NCBI RefSeq assembly: GCF_001194135.2
Contig: NC_068994.1
Span: 1,557,988-1,621,987, forward strand
Direction: 5' to 3'
DNA length: 64,000 bases
Origin: Octopus bimaculoides
Taxonomy: Eukaryota
The position numbers were made by a program, and so were the translations under genes. This document shows, piece by piece, positions 41,715-55,100 of this stretch (positions within the stretch are counted from its first letter, which is position 1; each line of letters starts with the position of its first letter). The notes beneath the pieces are model-generated. The model was given only the letters and a program-made list of their open reading frames with translations, was not told the DNA's origin and did not search any database.

Positions 41715-42667
41715 CTGTATGTGTTAACTCTACTAAAACACACATTCAAAGGGGACCCAATAAAGTTATGCCTGAGGGCCCTTAATACTCTCAGCTCACC
41801 CCTGGATCTCAGTAATGCCGGTTGATGATGTGGCCATTGGGGTATCACACACACACACGTCGGTGACAAATATCGTCAGTTCTATAGTTTGTTGCCGTCA
41901 GATGATACTCAGTGGACAGAACCCAGCAGAGGGTAAGGGTTGGGATTCTCCAATCACCCATGTGGCTGAGTACTCTGCTGGGGTCGCTATCTGAAATGCA
42001 GTCGTCAAAGAATCCATTGTTGACGGAGGAGGTTGACTGAGATGACAGCGACGGTGGCCATTGATTTTCATTACCAACAACACTAAACACGTGTAGGAAT
42101 GGATCTACATACACACATACATACATACCTACATATATATATACACAGACACATAAATACATACGTACAAACACACATACATATTTGCATACATATATAC
42201 ACACATACATTCATGCATGTATGCATACATATACATACATACAAACATTCATACATACATATACACATGTATGTGTGTGTGTGTGTGTGTGTATAAACAC
42301 AGGACAAATTAAGATATTGCTTAAGTTGGTTTTCAAAATGTCCTTCGTTCGGTGGTGGTGGTGGTGGTGGTGGTATTAATTGTTGTAGGTGGTGGTCTCC
42401 ATTCTCGCAGCAAAGTTTGAAGTGACAAAGAGTTTTCCCAAGCAACCGGCTGCGTATTATCCTTTCACACCCACTTCGTTACTCTATTATTATGAATGTA
42501 GAGATGAGACGGGAAAGAGAGGGAGCAGGGAGGCACATGTGGGACCGAGAGCAGTGGTGATGTTGGGGTTAGTCGTGGAGGCGTTACGGTAGTAATGGTG
42601 ACGCCACTGGTACGACTAATGATAATGGCGGTGGAGCAGTCTTTAGTTGACAGCATATTGTATGTGT

Positions 42668-43033
42668 GTTGACGATGACCATGGGCCTCACATGGGAGAA
42701 GACGAGTCACGGTGAGTCTGGCTGTGGTCAATCAGTGCAATGCCTGCTCGGAAGGCTCTGCCACAGGTCAGACACTGGTGGTCTGGTGAGAACGAAGGTC
42801 CAAAGAGTTGGCTCTGAACTTGACGTAGTTTGCATTTTCTTTGTGCTCCTGCAATCCTGTTCTGTTCGTAGGAGGTGGTCATTCTGTTGGTGCAGCTTTG
42901 CCAGGCAGAACGGTTTTGTGCTTGTGTTTCCCCAGATGTCAGGGCTGATCACAAAGGTCTTTACATTGCATGCAAGGTGGACAGAAAAAAAACGCGTCAA
43001 AGACACACTCAAAGCCTCGTTGAAGAGCTTTGA
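42668..43033 (-). mobile_element. RTE LINE 3' fragment with an inverted 5' segment
   Basis: Minus 42970->42690: KTFVISPDIW(E)TQAQNRSAWQSCTNRMTTSYEQNRIAGAQRKCKLRQ...CLTCGRAFRAGIALIDHSQTH. Plus 42971-43033: GGQKK(R)VKDTLKASLKSFE, the segment that normally precedes it in ORF2. Confidence 0.8.
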
Positions 43034-43300
43034 GCTGTAACACATTGGACATAACAGAACAAACACTGGTTCACTTCATCAGGGAGTATAACTCACTGCA
43101 GAACAAATATTTCAAGGACTTCTTTCTTGAAGCACCACTTTTTCAGTTTTCACGTCAATGTGCATATCTTTTGTTGAACATGTGTGTGTGTGTTCGTATG
43201 CATGTTCGTTTGTTTGTTTGTAAGAGTGAGAGACAGACACAGAGCTATGTAGGTAGGTAGATAGATAGACAGAGAGATAGATAGATAGACAGACAGACAA

Positions 43301-43333
<33 letters not shown>

Positions 43334-45367
43334 GAGGCAGATGGACGGATGGACAGACAGCTAGACAAATAGATAGATAGATAGACAGACGGACGGACGG
43401 ACAGACAGACAGACGGATGGACAGGTAGATAGATAGATAGATAGATATTATGCATGTATAAACATTGATGCTTGTTCTGATGCCACTCCTCAATTTCCCA
43501 ACAAAACTACTTTGACAGTTGCAAGCAAATGGAAATTTATTCCTGCAAAATGGAAACCAGATGGAAAGCCGGGGATCGTATCTGTGCATTTCGTCATTCA
43601 CTTCCTCAACTGGAAGCATCCACAGAGTGATGTACTTTTCAGTTTGCTAAACTGTCACCAAGACAACAAAGACAGCTGATAGACATCATTATATATTAGC
43701 AGTGTCTGGATTTGTATGCTTTCAATGAACGCTTCATTACGAATAAGATTCTTTTTCCGAAAGCGTTTCACAACAAATGATTGACCATAAAAAACTTGCT
43801 ATAACTTAGATTTAACAAAATAAAAATGTATTTCCACATATTTCGCAAACCAAATGATGCCTTATGCTGAAAAGTAGTTCGGGATCATTGTATTTCATTT
43901 TTTTAATATTTGTTCCTTTATTTATATACACACAATGTTGCACAGATGCGAAACGTAGATATGACAATGAGAGCATTTAATACTGAAGATATTACTTCCT
44001 TACTGCATTTCTAAATAATTTTTTTATTCACTGGTTCATAATTATAGACAAAATAATTATTTTATAATGAACTGTAAGTTAAGTGATTTCACCTTACCAT
44101 GGATTTTATATACACCTGGCAACCAGATAAAGATGAGCAACTGATCTAGCATGTGTGTGCACACGCACGTCTGTGTGTGTATATATACACATACATACAT
44201 ATATACACATACATATATATATATATAAACACATACATATACACATATATACACATACATATATATATATATATACATATATATATACATATATATATAC
44301 ATACACATGCATACATATATCTATATATATATATCTATATATATATATATATACACACACACATACATACATGAGGTTCACTATTCATCTTCATTGGATG
44401 ATAGTGGTTATACAACATCTCACCAATGCACAAGGATGTTAAAATGTATCAAAACATTTGTAGTGGTTTTAAATAAAGAAGGTCACTCATTCCATTTTCT
44501 ATCATTTATCTATTTTCATTAACTCTACAGATACTATGGAATTCCCTGATGTATATCCAGTAGCAGGAGCATTTCCACTGTGTGATGACATTAGGTAGCC
44601 AATAACTATGGATGAGCTTTCCATAATATCCTTCAAGATTTTTACCTAAATCTTGTATGTGTGTGTGTGTAATAAAGCAGAGAGGGAGAGAGATAAAGAG
44701 GAGAAGAGGAGAGAGAGAGAGAGTGTGTTAATTTCCATTAATCTAGTACCTAATTGTCCAGCAAACCCGACTGTCCGGTACTTTTTTTTATTTTTATTTT
44801 TACGCTTGACCAATTGTTTTTCCAGCCACCATCACCAGTCACTGACGTCACTCTTTCATTGTTTACAGACAAGTTGCCATAAATAAATAAATAAATAAAT
44901 AAAATGACAATGCCAATGGCTGAGTGCTTCTTTATCAGCGTTTATCTACTTCTGTATTGTCTGTCCATTACTAGAAACGTCTTCCAATGTTAATAAATGG
45001 TGTGAAAAGAATCCGTGTAACCCATGCAGTAGCCGTTTTGAAAGAAGTGAAACGGAAATGCTTTGATGCATGAATATAACATAAGTTCTTGAATAATATA
45101 CGACAATATGACACAAAAAGATAAATCAAGGCAATTTAGAACCAATTCAGAGACAAATAAAGGTGTTGATGGACGGCAAACATTTGTAAAAGAAAAAAAA
45201 AAGAAAATCAAGACTTTCAGAACTGGAAATTGTGTTAATTAAGTAGTTCAGAGTAAAGCAATACAGGAGTCTACCAATTTCAGCAGCACAGCTAATTAAA
45301 AATTCCAAGCAATTAGGTTCATGAAAAACATGTGTTAATAGTTGGATGGTTTAAAAATTGTAACATA

Positions 45368-45503
45368 GGCGCAGGTGTGGCTGTGTGTAAGTAGCTTGCT
45401 TATCAACCACATGATTTCGGGTTCAGTCCCACTGCATGGCACCTTGGGCAAGTGTCTTCTACTATAGCCTCGGGGTGACCAAAGTCTTGTGAGTGGATTT
45501 GGT
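45368..45503 (+). mobile_element. tRNA-derived SINE family A (head with Pol III A/B-box-like motifs). Related pieces: 9280-9400 (+), 34610-34740 (-), 38225-38320 (+), 47448-47483 (-), 48885-48935 (+), 61940-62200 (+)
   Basis: ggcgcaggtgtggctgtgtg...gggttcagtcccactgcatggcaccttgggcaagtgtcttctactatagcc, with several diverged copies in the window. Confidence 0.75.
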
Positions 45504-48168
45504 GGTTGTCTTAAAATGGTTGAAGTTGGTTTATTCTTTATATATAAGGAATTGAAAAAGAGAAGCAGCAAATATTCCCGTGCCTATCTCACAGACTTCA
45601 CATACCTGCCACAAAAACGCATTACATTCTTAGAGGAAAATCAACTGGATGGGTAGAAGTTACCACACATATCTTCAACAGCATTACGATTGGCTACAGA
45701 GGCAACAACACGTCAACCAATGAAATGGTGACTTCACAAAAACTGGCAACAAAACTAAACAGCATGGAGTAATATGTCACAAACGATATGATCTCGACAT
45801 AGCTGGAAAAACTAATAGAATGGCTGTATGATTGTTTTAAAGGACAGAAGTCAAGGTGTTTTAGCCAGGGGTGGTTTTGAAAAAGTCACTATTTCTGAGT
45901 GGAATGCTTCGGGGAGTTGTTTTGTTGTAACTATGTTAACACATATCCGTAGTTATTAGAACAGCTCCACTCACTGACTAATCTGATCACATCTAACAAC
46001 CATCAACTCGGAATGTGTCTAAAATGTAGAGAAAGAATTCAATGCTATATTGAAATGAGTTAATAAAACAACATGAAATTCAAAAGCGAAAGTTTCAATT
46101 ATTCTGCTCTCAGTCCTCTAACACATTACAATCTAAATATTAAATGTCAGGAGAGATTGTTAGCCCAGAATTAGAATCTGAGACAAAGGAATTTATAACT
46201 GGTAAGGACACACCATTTCATGTACATATTACCAAGATGGCGTCAGCATGCAGACGACAAGCAAAAAGGATTCTGATAAGATTTATTAGAAAGGAAAATA
46301 AAATAAAGTTGGTCATATAACATACAATAGTGGTCGGTTGTTTGGATTACTGCTCCTTGATTGAGCCTTTTCATAGTGTATGGCTTTCAGAATGGATTAG
46401 AAGCAACCCAGCCGTCCTAGTTAAAGAAAATTGCTTTTATGCAGCGACTTTACTGGGGGAGTTAGGGTTCGGCTTAAGACTGGGTGCTTCATGAAACAAA
46501 GAAACAAAAATAGGAAACGCTGGAAGATCATTGAAAGATATCCGTCACACTATGAGAGGAAAAAAAAAACGCTTACACTCCATAAAATCTTGGAGTGGAT
46601 GCCAACACAAACAAAAAATGTTAAGGGATTCTGCAGTATAAATTCTTAGCTAATGTAAGAGTAAATGGCACACATGCGGTGAATGGGGGAGACAAAGCTA
46701 TACTCAGTCATTGCTGGTGCCACAGCAGGACCCAGAAAATGTTTGGACTCATGAATAATGAATTTTCTTCATATTTCGATGTGGGTAGCAGACCTGGGGT
46801 AGTATTTTACTAGAAACCAATCAAGCAATGAAGATTACAGGAAAATTGATGATAGTGCTACAGCATGACCACACCCAACTCGGTGGATCCAGTATGACAA
46901 CGACAGAAGCAGGTGAGTAGAGTTCAGTGTGAATGAGTGGAAGAAAGAACGGAAAGGAATCTGAAGACGTCCTAATTTATGCTGCAGTCCAGGGGCATCT
47001 GAGACTGACCTGGTTACACCAGCCGAGACAGCCTAGCTCTGGGGGTACCTTGAACAGTCCGCAGACAGTTGCAATACAGGCAATAGCACAGAATGTGGTA
47101 GGAGAGGAGGGTGAGCAGTCACAATCTGAATGCGGCCTGTTTACAGGGCAAGGAGTTAAGGGCTGAAACACTTATATAGGGGATGCATTACTGAAGACTT
47201 GCTGCTCAGCTCTGCCTAACACACACATCACATATACATACATACACATATATGTGTGTGTGTGGGTGTGTATATATATATATTTGCATACATATATGTA
47301 TGCGTATGTATACACACATATACATGAATGCATGTATATAATTGTAGATTGTGAATGTGTGTGTGTATGTATGGGTTTATATAATGTATACAGATATAAC
47401 TACACACATATATTTACTTTTTACTCCATCATTTATATATATGTATAATGGGCTTCCTTCAGTTTCCGTTTGCCAAATCCACTATATATCTTTAGATAGA
47501 TAGATAGATAGATAGATAGAGAGAGATAATTAGATAGATAATTATAGATGGATAGATACATGCTCACATATTTTATAGAATGTACAAACAAGTGTGTGTG
47601 TGTCGTGGGGTGGGTGGGGTTCATGTAAGTAACCCAGTAACCTAGTTCCAGCAGTGGGAGGCTGGACAATAAACATGACAGCCAACACAATCTCAAAACT
47701 ACAAAAGGGAGCTGCCGCAAGGGTTGTAGGACGCTTTTTATTGATCGCTTGCCTCCTTACCGCCTGCCCTCCACACACACACACACACACAGACACACCT
47801 ACGCACACATGGACATACACAGAACCTGTTTACATAAAGAATTTATAATGTTTTCCCCTTTCTCCCTCCTTCACACATATTAGCATGAATCTATGTGAGT
47901 GTGTACATCTATCTATCTGTCTCTCTGTCTAGCTTTCTATCTATCAGTCTGTCTATCTCTATCTATCTATCTATCAGTCTATCTGTTTCATTTTTCTATT
48001 TCATCTGTCTGTCTGTCTATCTGATTGTTTACCTATCTATCTCTATCTCTCTATCTATCAGTCTATCTATCGCTCTATCTATTTCATTTATCTATCTATC
48101 TGTCTGTTTATCTGTCTATCATCTACCTATCTGTGTGTATGCATGCAGCTTGCGCACACGCACACACA

Positions 48169-48231
<63 letters not shown>

Positions 48232-48513
48232 TATAGTCATTCACACGTACATGTTGTTGTTGCTATTGTTTTAGCCCCAAGCAGCTCTGATCAATCAGAT
48301 CTTTGATCAAAGCAGTCCTTCTGTATCGATCTTTGATTCAGACGATCGATCAAACACCATATAATCTTTATGTCCTTCCTTTTATTAGTTGTTATGCTAT
48401 GGCAAAAACAAGATTTGACTGCTATTTGTACCAGATAGGCTGACCACACAAAAAGCTCCTTTCATTAGTTATCCTATGTAATTGTGTGTACGTATATATG
48501 CATATCTGCATGC

Positions 48514-48558
<45 letters not shown>

Positions 48559-48585
48559 ATATTTATCAATCAATCAATCAGTCAA

Positions 48586-48623
<38 letters not shown>

Positions 48624-49589
48624 TTTATCATATCACCGATTCTCCCGTGATCTAATAGGTAACAATTTAAGACGTATGTGTTTTAGGTTCCGCTTGGTCC
48701 CACAGCCTTGTTTAATTACAGACTTTTCCGAGAAACTGTCTTGTAGAGGTAAAAGAAGGAGTTTTCTTTAAATGTCCTGCAAATGTGAGGTGCCAAACCC
48801 AACAGCTGACCTATAAACACACACACACACACACGGACACTATACACACATATATCTGGTTATATATGTATACTCCTACACGAAGGCTGCACCCCAGCAT
48901 GGCCACACACCAATAGCTGAAACCTGTAAAAGAATAAACTCATATACAATCGTTTATATAGGCAGATACACATATACATTTCCACTCATACATGTATACA
49001 TACACATACATGACGATGTAAAACTTTCCGTTATATGCCTCGTTGGCTGAATGAGATCCAGTTTGATGTATGTATACATTTTATACGCAACACGGGCCTA
49101 TATATACATTATACACACATGAGACTGGCTCTGGTAAGCTCATACATATACAGTCAATTAATCAATACAAAAGATCCAGTTTGATGTGTGTATGCGTGTG
49201 CATATATATATGTAAGAGCAATATACATGTAAGTGTATATATACATGAAACATATACACACCCACTTAATGAATGTTAAGGATCCAAGTTGATGTATATA
49301 CATACGTGTATATAAGTATATATAAAGATATGTTTATGTAACGCACCTGAGCAATGTATATAAACATACGGTATCAGGAAATGTAATGTATGTGGTATCT
49401 GCTTGCATTATACGCAAAACCGAATTACATATTAATGTATATACACGAGATTGGATCTTGCAATACTATTCATATATACACCCACTGTTCGATACAAGAA
49501 AACCAGTTTAATATATATACATACAAATATATATGTGTGCATGTATGTATGAATGAATGTACTTATATATGTGTGTGTGTGTGTCTGTG

Positions 49590-49623
<34 letters not shown>

Positions 49624-50002
49624 NNNNNNNNNNNNNNNNNNNNNNNNNNNNNNNNNNNNNNNNNNNNNNNNNNNNNNNNNNNNNNNNNNNNNNNNNNNNN
49701 NNNNNNNNNNNNNNNNNNNNNNNNNNNNNNNNNNNNNNNNNNNNNNNNNNNNNNNNNNNNNNNNNNNNNNNNNNNNNNNNNNNNNNNNNNNNNNNNNNNN
49801 NNNNNNNNNNNNNNNNNNNNNNNNNNNNNNNNNNNNNNNNNNNNNNNNNNNNNNNNNNNNNNNNNNNNNNNNNNNNNNNNNNNNNNNNNNNNNNNNNNNN
49901 NNNNNNNNNNNNNNNNNNNNNNNNNNNNNNNNNNNNNNNNNNNNNNNNNNNNNNNNNNNNNNNNNNNNNNNNNNNNNNNNNNNNNNNNNNNNNNNNNNNN
50001 NN

Positions 50003-50144
50003 CAGAGATGCCTATAATAGGACATCTACTCGCTAGAAATAGCAGCAAAAGACTACATACCACAAAAATTATCCCTAATTTTTGTGGTATGTAGTCTTTT
50101 GCTGCTATTTCTAGCGAGTAGATGTCCTATTATAGGCATCTCTG
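50003..50144. repeat. Perfect inverted repeat with 69-bp arms and a 4-nt loop (TCCC)
   Basis: 50003-50071 is the exact reverse complement of 50076-50144. Confidence 0.95.
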
Positions 50145-51684
50145 CATTTTAAATGAATATATATATATATATATATATATCATCATCAACGTTTAACGTC
50201 CGTTTTCCATGCTGACATGAATCTTGTAATATTATGCAGATAGACAGTTATTTCTTACACACACACAGTTAGGCAGACAGACAGAGGGATAGGTGGACAG
50301 AGAAGTACACACTCACCACACACATGTATGTACATAAGCCTTCTTCTACACAAAAGCAGTTATCTTTACATATTAAAATGTCTACATACACAAGTCTGGT
50401 CCTGGCCGCATAAAACACTCACATAGACAATCACACACGGACACATAGACATATGTACACACGTACATATTCATATACACCTGCACAGAACACATTTTCT
50501 TTCACACACACCTATTCACATACACACACACACCTATTCACATACACACACACCTATTCACATACAGGCAGATATGAAAGGAAAACAAAATATTCTACAT
50601 TTTGTCGACAGGTTCCTCCCACCTCACACTGTCAGGTCTGTGGGTCCTGTCCCTCCTTCAGCCCCATGCCTATGACCACAAACACACTTCGAATCTCGAT
50701 TCCTCTGTCCAGCTTTTGCTGACCGAGCCTGCCACTGTCACCTGCTACCTATATGAATATGAACTCCCACGAAAGAATTGACCCCAATCCTGAAGTCCAT
50801 AATCAATCCAAAAGGGGCCAAGACATTTGGGAACAATGCGAGATCAAACACGGTGTGGGAGGAAACGAGGGGACTACATTGTTTGAAAAAGAAATCCTAA
50901 CAACAACAGATGGCTCTATAGTCACAAGGAAAAGGTCTCCACTAGGGGTTAGAATCAACTAGGGGCATCAGGTAAGATCCAGGAATAATTTGACTCCCAA
51001 AAGGCTAATGATCTTTCCTAGCTGTCATTCCCCTACCAACAGGGTAGTGAGAGAATGTCCAGTTACCATGCCACAATACTCCGCTCCCTATAGCAACAGC
51101 CTGTCCTTTTTTGACCAAAAGAAGTTGGTGGAGGGAATCTTCACACAGGACTCCACCAATAGCCAGATCTGTACTTCATGTGGTTACATGTGGCTACAGC
51201 TGTTTTTCAACATAACTCTATAGGGCAGTTATACTCAAGACACTGGATGAAGGCTGCAGAGCAGTTTTGTCGCTTTGCCTCTATATTTCGGATAGGCTCA
51301 ACTGACAGCATCTCTGTCTCTGTATAATTTATATTGAACTAATATAGACAGCAAGGTCGGGCATTACTAGAAGCTGTTCCTAGGCCTCTGCCCCCAACTG
51401 AAAGTCCAACAGACTAACCAGATTTCCCCCAACAACGTCATCGCACTTCTCCACTGCAGCATCTTCAGAGGATCATCAAAGGAAACCTACATAATGGAAA
51501 CACGGCTTTTTATGGAACTATCTTTTCTTTTTTTTCCCCCTGTTGGCAAAATGACAAATTCAGAACTGTTCTAGACTGTATATATGCGTTCCTATGCATT
51601 ATATATGCCCTGTACTTCATGATATAGCCTTTTGTTTTTCATTTCTTTTTTATATTTGCAGATATTTAAGTTAAAATGTGTGAC

Positions 51685-52697
51685 TGATCTGATTTCCAAA
51701 GAAGACAAATTGCTGAGGAGCAGATAGTTGGAGCTTTAGCCACTAAAAACTGCTGAATCATCTCATGTTTTGACAAGTACAATCTCTAAAATCATATTGA
51801 TATTCAAAAGGCAATGTTATATCAGCTCTTGCAAGCATAATTCTGGAAGGAAAGTAAAGAAGAGGGGCCACAGAATAGCAAAACATACAGTCTCTAAAAA
51901 AAAAGAAAGAAAACCATTGAACCACAGCATTAGCAAATGTGGCAGCAAAGTTAAAGCCCCATCTTGCTAACCCTGAGTCAATCAAAACCGTTTGCTGTAA
52001 AGGTGGACACCATGGGACAGCTGCAAATGCTAAACCTCTCTCCTGTCCCCCATCAACATTGATAAGCAGAAGTAAAAAATGGTGTCTCAACTATCAGAAG
52101 TGCCAATGGCTTAACTGAACAATGTCATCTTCTTTGAAGAATCATCATTCACCCTTTTAACTCCACTTCAGGGTGGGTTTAGCTCTGAAGAAGAAAACAC
52201 AAGGAGGCATTCCTGACTGTTTGACCCCCACCATGAAACATGGAAGTGACTCTGTGATGATTTGGCCAGACGTATCATGGAATTCTCTTGGTTGTTTCGT
52301 TGTTCTACATGGCAGAGTCAATGCCAAGGATTATCTGAGTATTTTGGCTGACCATGTCCATCCTCTGGGACAAAACATTATTCCTTGATGGTAGAACAAC
52401 CTTCCAGGATTGCCCCCCTCCCCCGCCCACTAATCTCTAGATCTCTATAGAATTTAGGGTACATTTAGGAGCAGCAAGTAAAGAGCTGTTTCCTTTCTGC
52501 CAATGTCAAGGAATGATGAGCTAAAGCAGGATTTAGCTTAATGAACGGCTCAAAATTCCTCCAACGGCCATTCAAAATCTTAGTCAATACCACGACGTAT
52601 TTGAGCCGTGCTTGGCGGCAAAGCTGGGCCAATTCCGACTTGAATGATAAAAACTTCCATTTCACTATTTGTTTCCATTATTTTGTCCAAACCTGTA
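51685..52697 (+). mobile_element. Decayed Tc1-family DNA transposon (most of the transposase plus the right TIR and TA target)
   Basis: Colinear motifs SDFQRxQI, STISKI...HNSGRK, VIFxEESSFTL (DES), PDCLTPTMKHGSDSVMIW..SWNSLG..LHGRVNAKDYLSILADHVHP, and LKIPxxAIQNL..SIPRRIxAVLAAK.GP. It ends in gtttccattattttgtccaaacctg followed by TA (52696-7). No left TIR was seen. Confidence 0.85.
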
Positions 52698-53571
52698 TAC
52701 ATACATACATACATACATACATGCATACACACACATGCATGTATACTTATACATGTACATACATATGCATTTTGAGTGAGAGCAGGGGGAGAGAGAGAGA
52801 GGTGAACAAACAACAACCCAGGCCAGGTCAGCAAACTCTCCATCGGTTGCCAACTTCAAAGTAAACTGGTCAAAGTGTGTCAATATGACAAACGCATGCA
52901 CACATACATGTAGAAGAGTGAAAGTGAAACTACCAAAATGCTGATCTGGCTTCTTTTTCTCCCTTTCTCTCTTTCTGTTTCTGTTTTAAGTATACATACA
53001 TATATATATATACATGTGTATATATATTTATATATATACATACATATATGTATGTATACATTTATGTATATGTACGTGTATGTATTAGGTATATATACAT
53101 ACATACACACACACAAGTATGTATGTACGTATCTCTCTCTCTCTCTCTCTCTCTNNNNNNNNNNNNNNNNNNNNNNNNNNNNNNNNNNNNNNNNNNNNNN
53201 NNNNNNNNNNNNNNNNNNNNNNNNNNNNNNNNNNNNNNNNNNNNNNNNNNNNNNNNNNNNNNNNNNNNNNNNNNNNNNNNNNNNNNNNNNNNNNNNNNNN
53301 NNNNNNNNNNNNNNNNNNNNNNNNNNNNNNNNNNNNNNNNNNNNNNNNNNNNNNNNNNNNNNNNNNNNNNNNNNNNNNNNNNNNNNNNNNNNNNNNNNNN
53401 NNNNNNNNNNNNNNNNNNNNNNNNNNNNNNNNNNNNNNNNNNNNNNNNNNNNNNNNNNNNNNNNNNNNNNNNNNNNNNNNNNNNNNNNNNNNNNNNNNNN
53501 NNNNNNNNNNNNNNNNNNNNNNNNNNNNNNNNNNNNNNNNNNNNNNNNNNNNNNNNNNNNNNNNNNNNNNN

Positions 53572-53604
<33 letters not shown>

Positions 53605-54232
53605 TCACCTCCAAAAGCCGTTATCTTCATTTACAAAGTATGACATCCCAACTGCTATATATAGAACCCACTTTCTATAAATGCAAATGTATGTCCGTGT
53701 GTGTGTGTGTGCGTGCGCGTGCGTGTGCATCTGTATGTGTAACAGTGTTTGTGTGTGTGCGTGTGCCTTGCTTTTGTAGTACAATGTATGATACGATGCT
53801 GGAGTGAAGTAGCAGATACATAAAATTAAGGCATTATCCACAGGGCAGTGGGTGTGGTGGTGGTGGGGTGGCAGGATTAATCTGACAGAATAAGTGAGGG
53901 AGGGGGGATGGAATAAGAGAGAGGGGGAAAGCAAATGAAAGAGTAGTGGTGTGAGAGATACAGGATATCAATAGATTATCATTATTGTACTCCACCGAGC
54001 AATGGGACACATGTAGAGACACTAAAACACACACACATATACACACCTACTACAGTGATACATCCATACATGATATATCCATACATGATCATGATATCTG
54101 GGGTTATAAAAGGTGATGGTCCAAACGAGATGCTTTCCATTACAACCTTGCTACCAAGCAGGTGGTCGGTCAAAATTTACTCTGGATTAAAAAGCGAATG
54201 GAAACATACATACATAGACATGTGTATGTATG

Positions 54233-54264
<32 letters not shown>

Positions 54265-54401
54265 TGTATGTATGTATACACTTCATTCCTCCAAGACGCA
54301 TTACAAGACTTCAATAATTACACTTCATACATTTATATATACATCCTGTATGAAAAAATAAATATAATTATCGAGAGAGAGAGAAAGAGCAGGTAAGTGA
54401 A

Positions 54402-54445
<44 letters not shown>

Positions 54446-54749
54446 CAAGGATCTCCACTAACAATGGCGTAAATTCTACACACACACACAAACACATTAC
54501 ACGATCCTCCAATAGTCAGTGGAAGTAACAGTTGTTCACACAGACAGACACACACACAGACACATATACATACACACACATAGTTATACACTCGAACACA
54601 CACACATACATGCATACACACACTCATACACTGTGACACATTTTTTAACTGTTACTCCAGCATACATTAGCAATCGATTTTTACACATACACACAAGCAC
54701 ACATACACACACACTCCCACACAAGCCTATTCAAAGCCACATACACACA

Positions 54750-55069
54750 ATCCAGCAATAAGTAATGGACACTCACTCGCACACACACACACACACACAA
54801 AATTCTTTGTCGTGCAATGAACGCATACACATTCCTCCATCAAGCAATGGACACACACACATGGATATATACACATACACACATACATATTTTCCTCCAT
54901 CAAGCAATGGGCATGCACACACACATACAAGCACACACACATACAAGCACACACACATACAAGCACACACACACACTTTCCTCCATCCACCATATCCGTA
55001 CCCACGTGATTTTCTATCAATCAATAGACACACAGACAGACATGCATATTATCCCCTATCATGCAACAG

Positions 55070-55100
<31 letters not shown>

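Noticed and set aside
12190-41934. CTCF-like motifs CCACTAGGGGAC (12190), CCAGCAGAGGGT (41923) and CCGCCAGAGGTG (41490 and 6577-6588)
   Set aside because: Attractive by analogy with vertebrate Pcdh clusters, but each has mismatches in the GGC core. A few one-mismatch hits are roughly expected by chance in 64 kb on two strands. ChIP or PWM scoring is needed.
45368-45430. tRNA gene
   Set aside because: It has A/B-box-like motifs but no cloverleaf, and continues into a SINE body repeated elsewhere.
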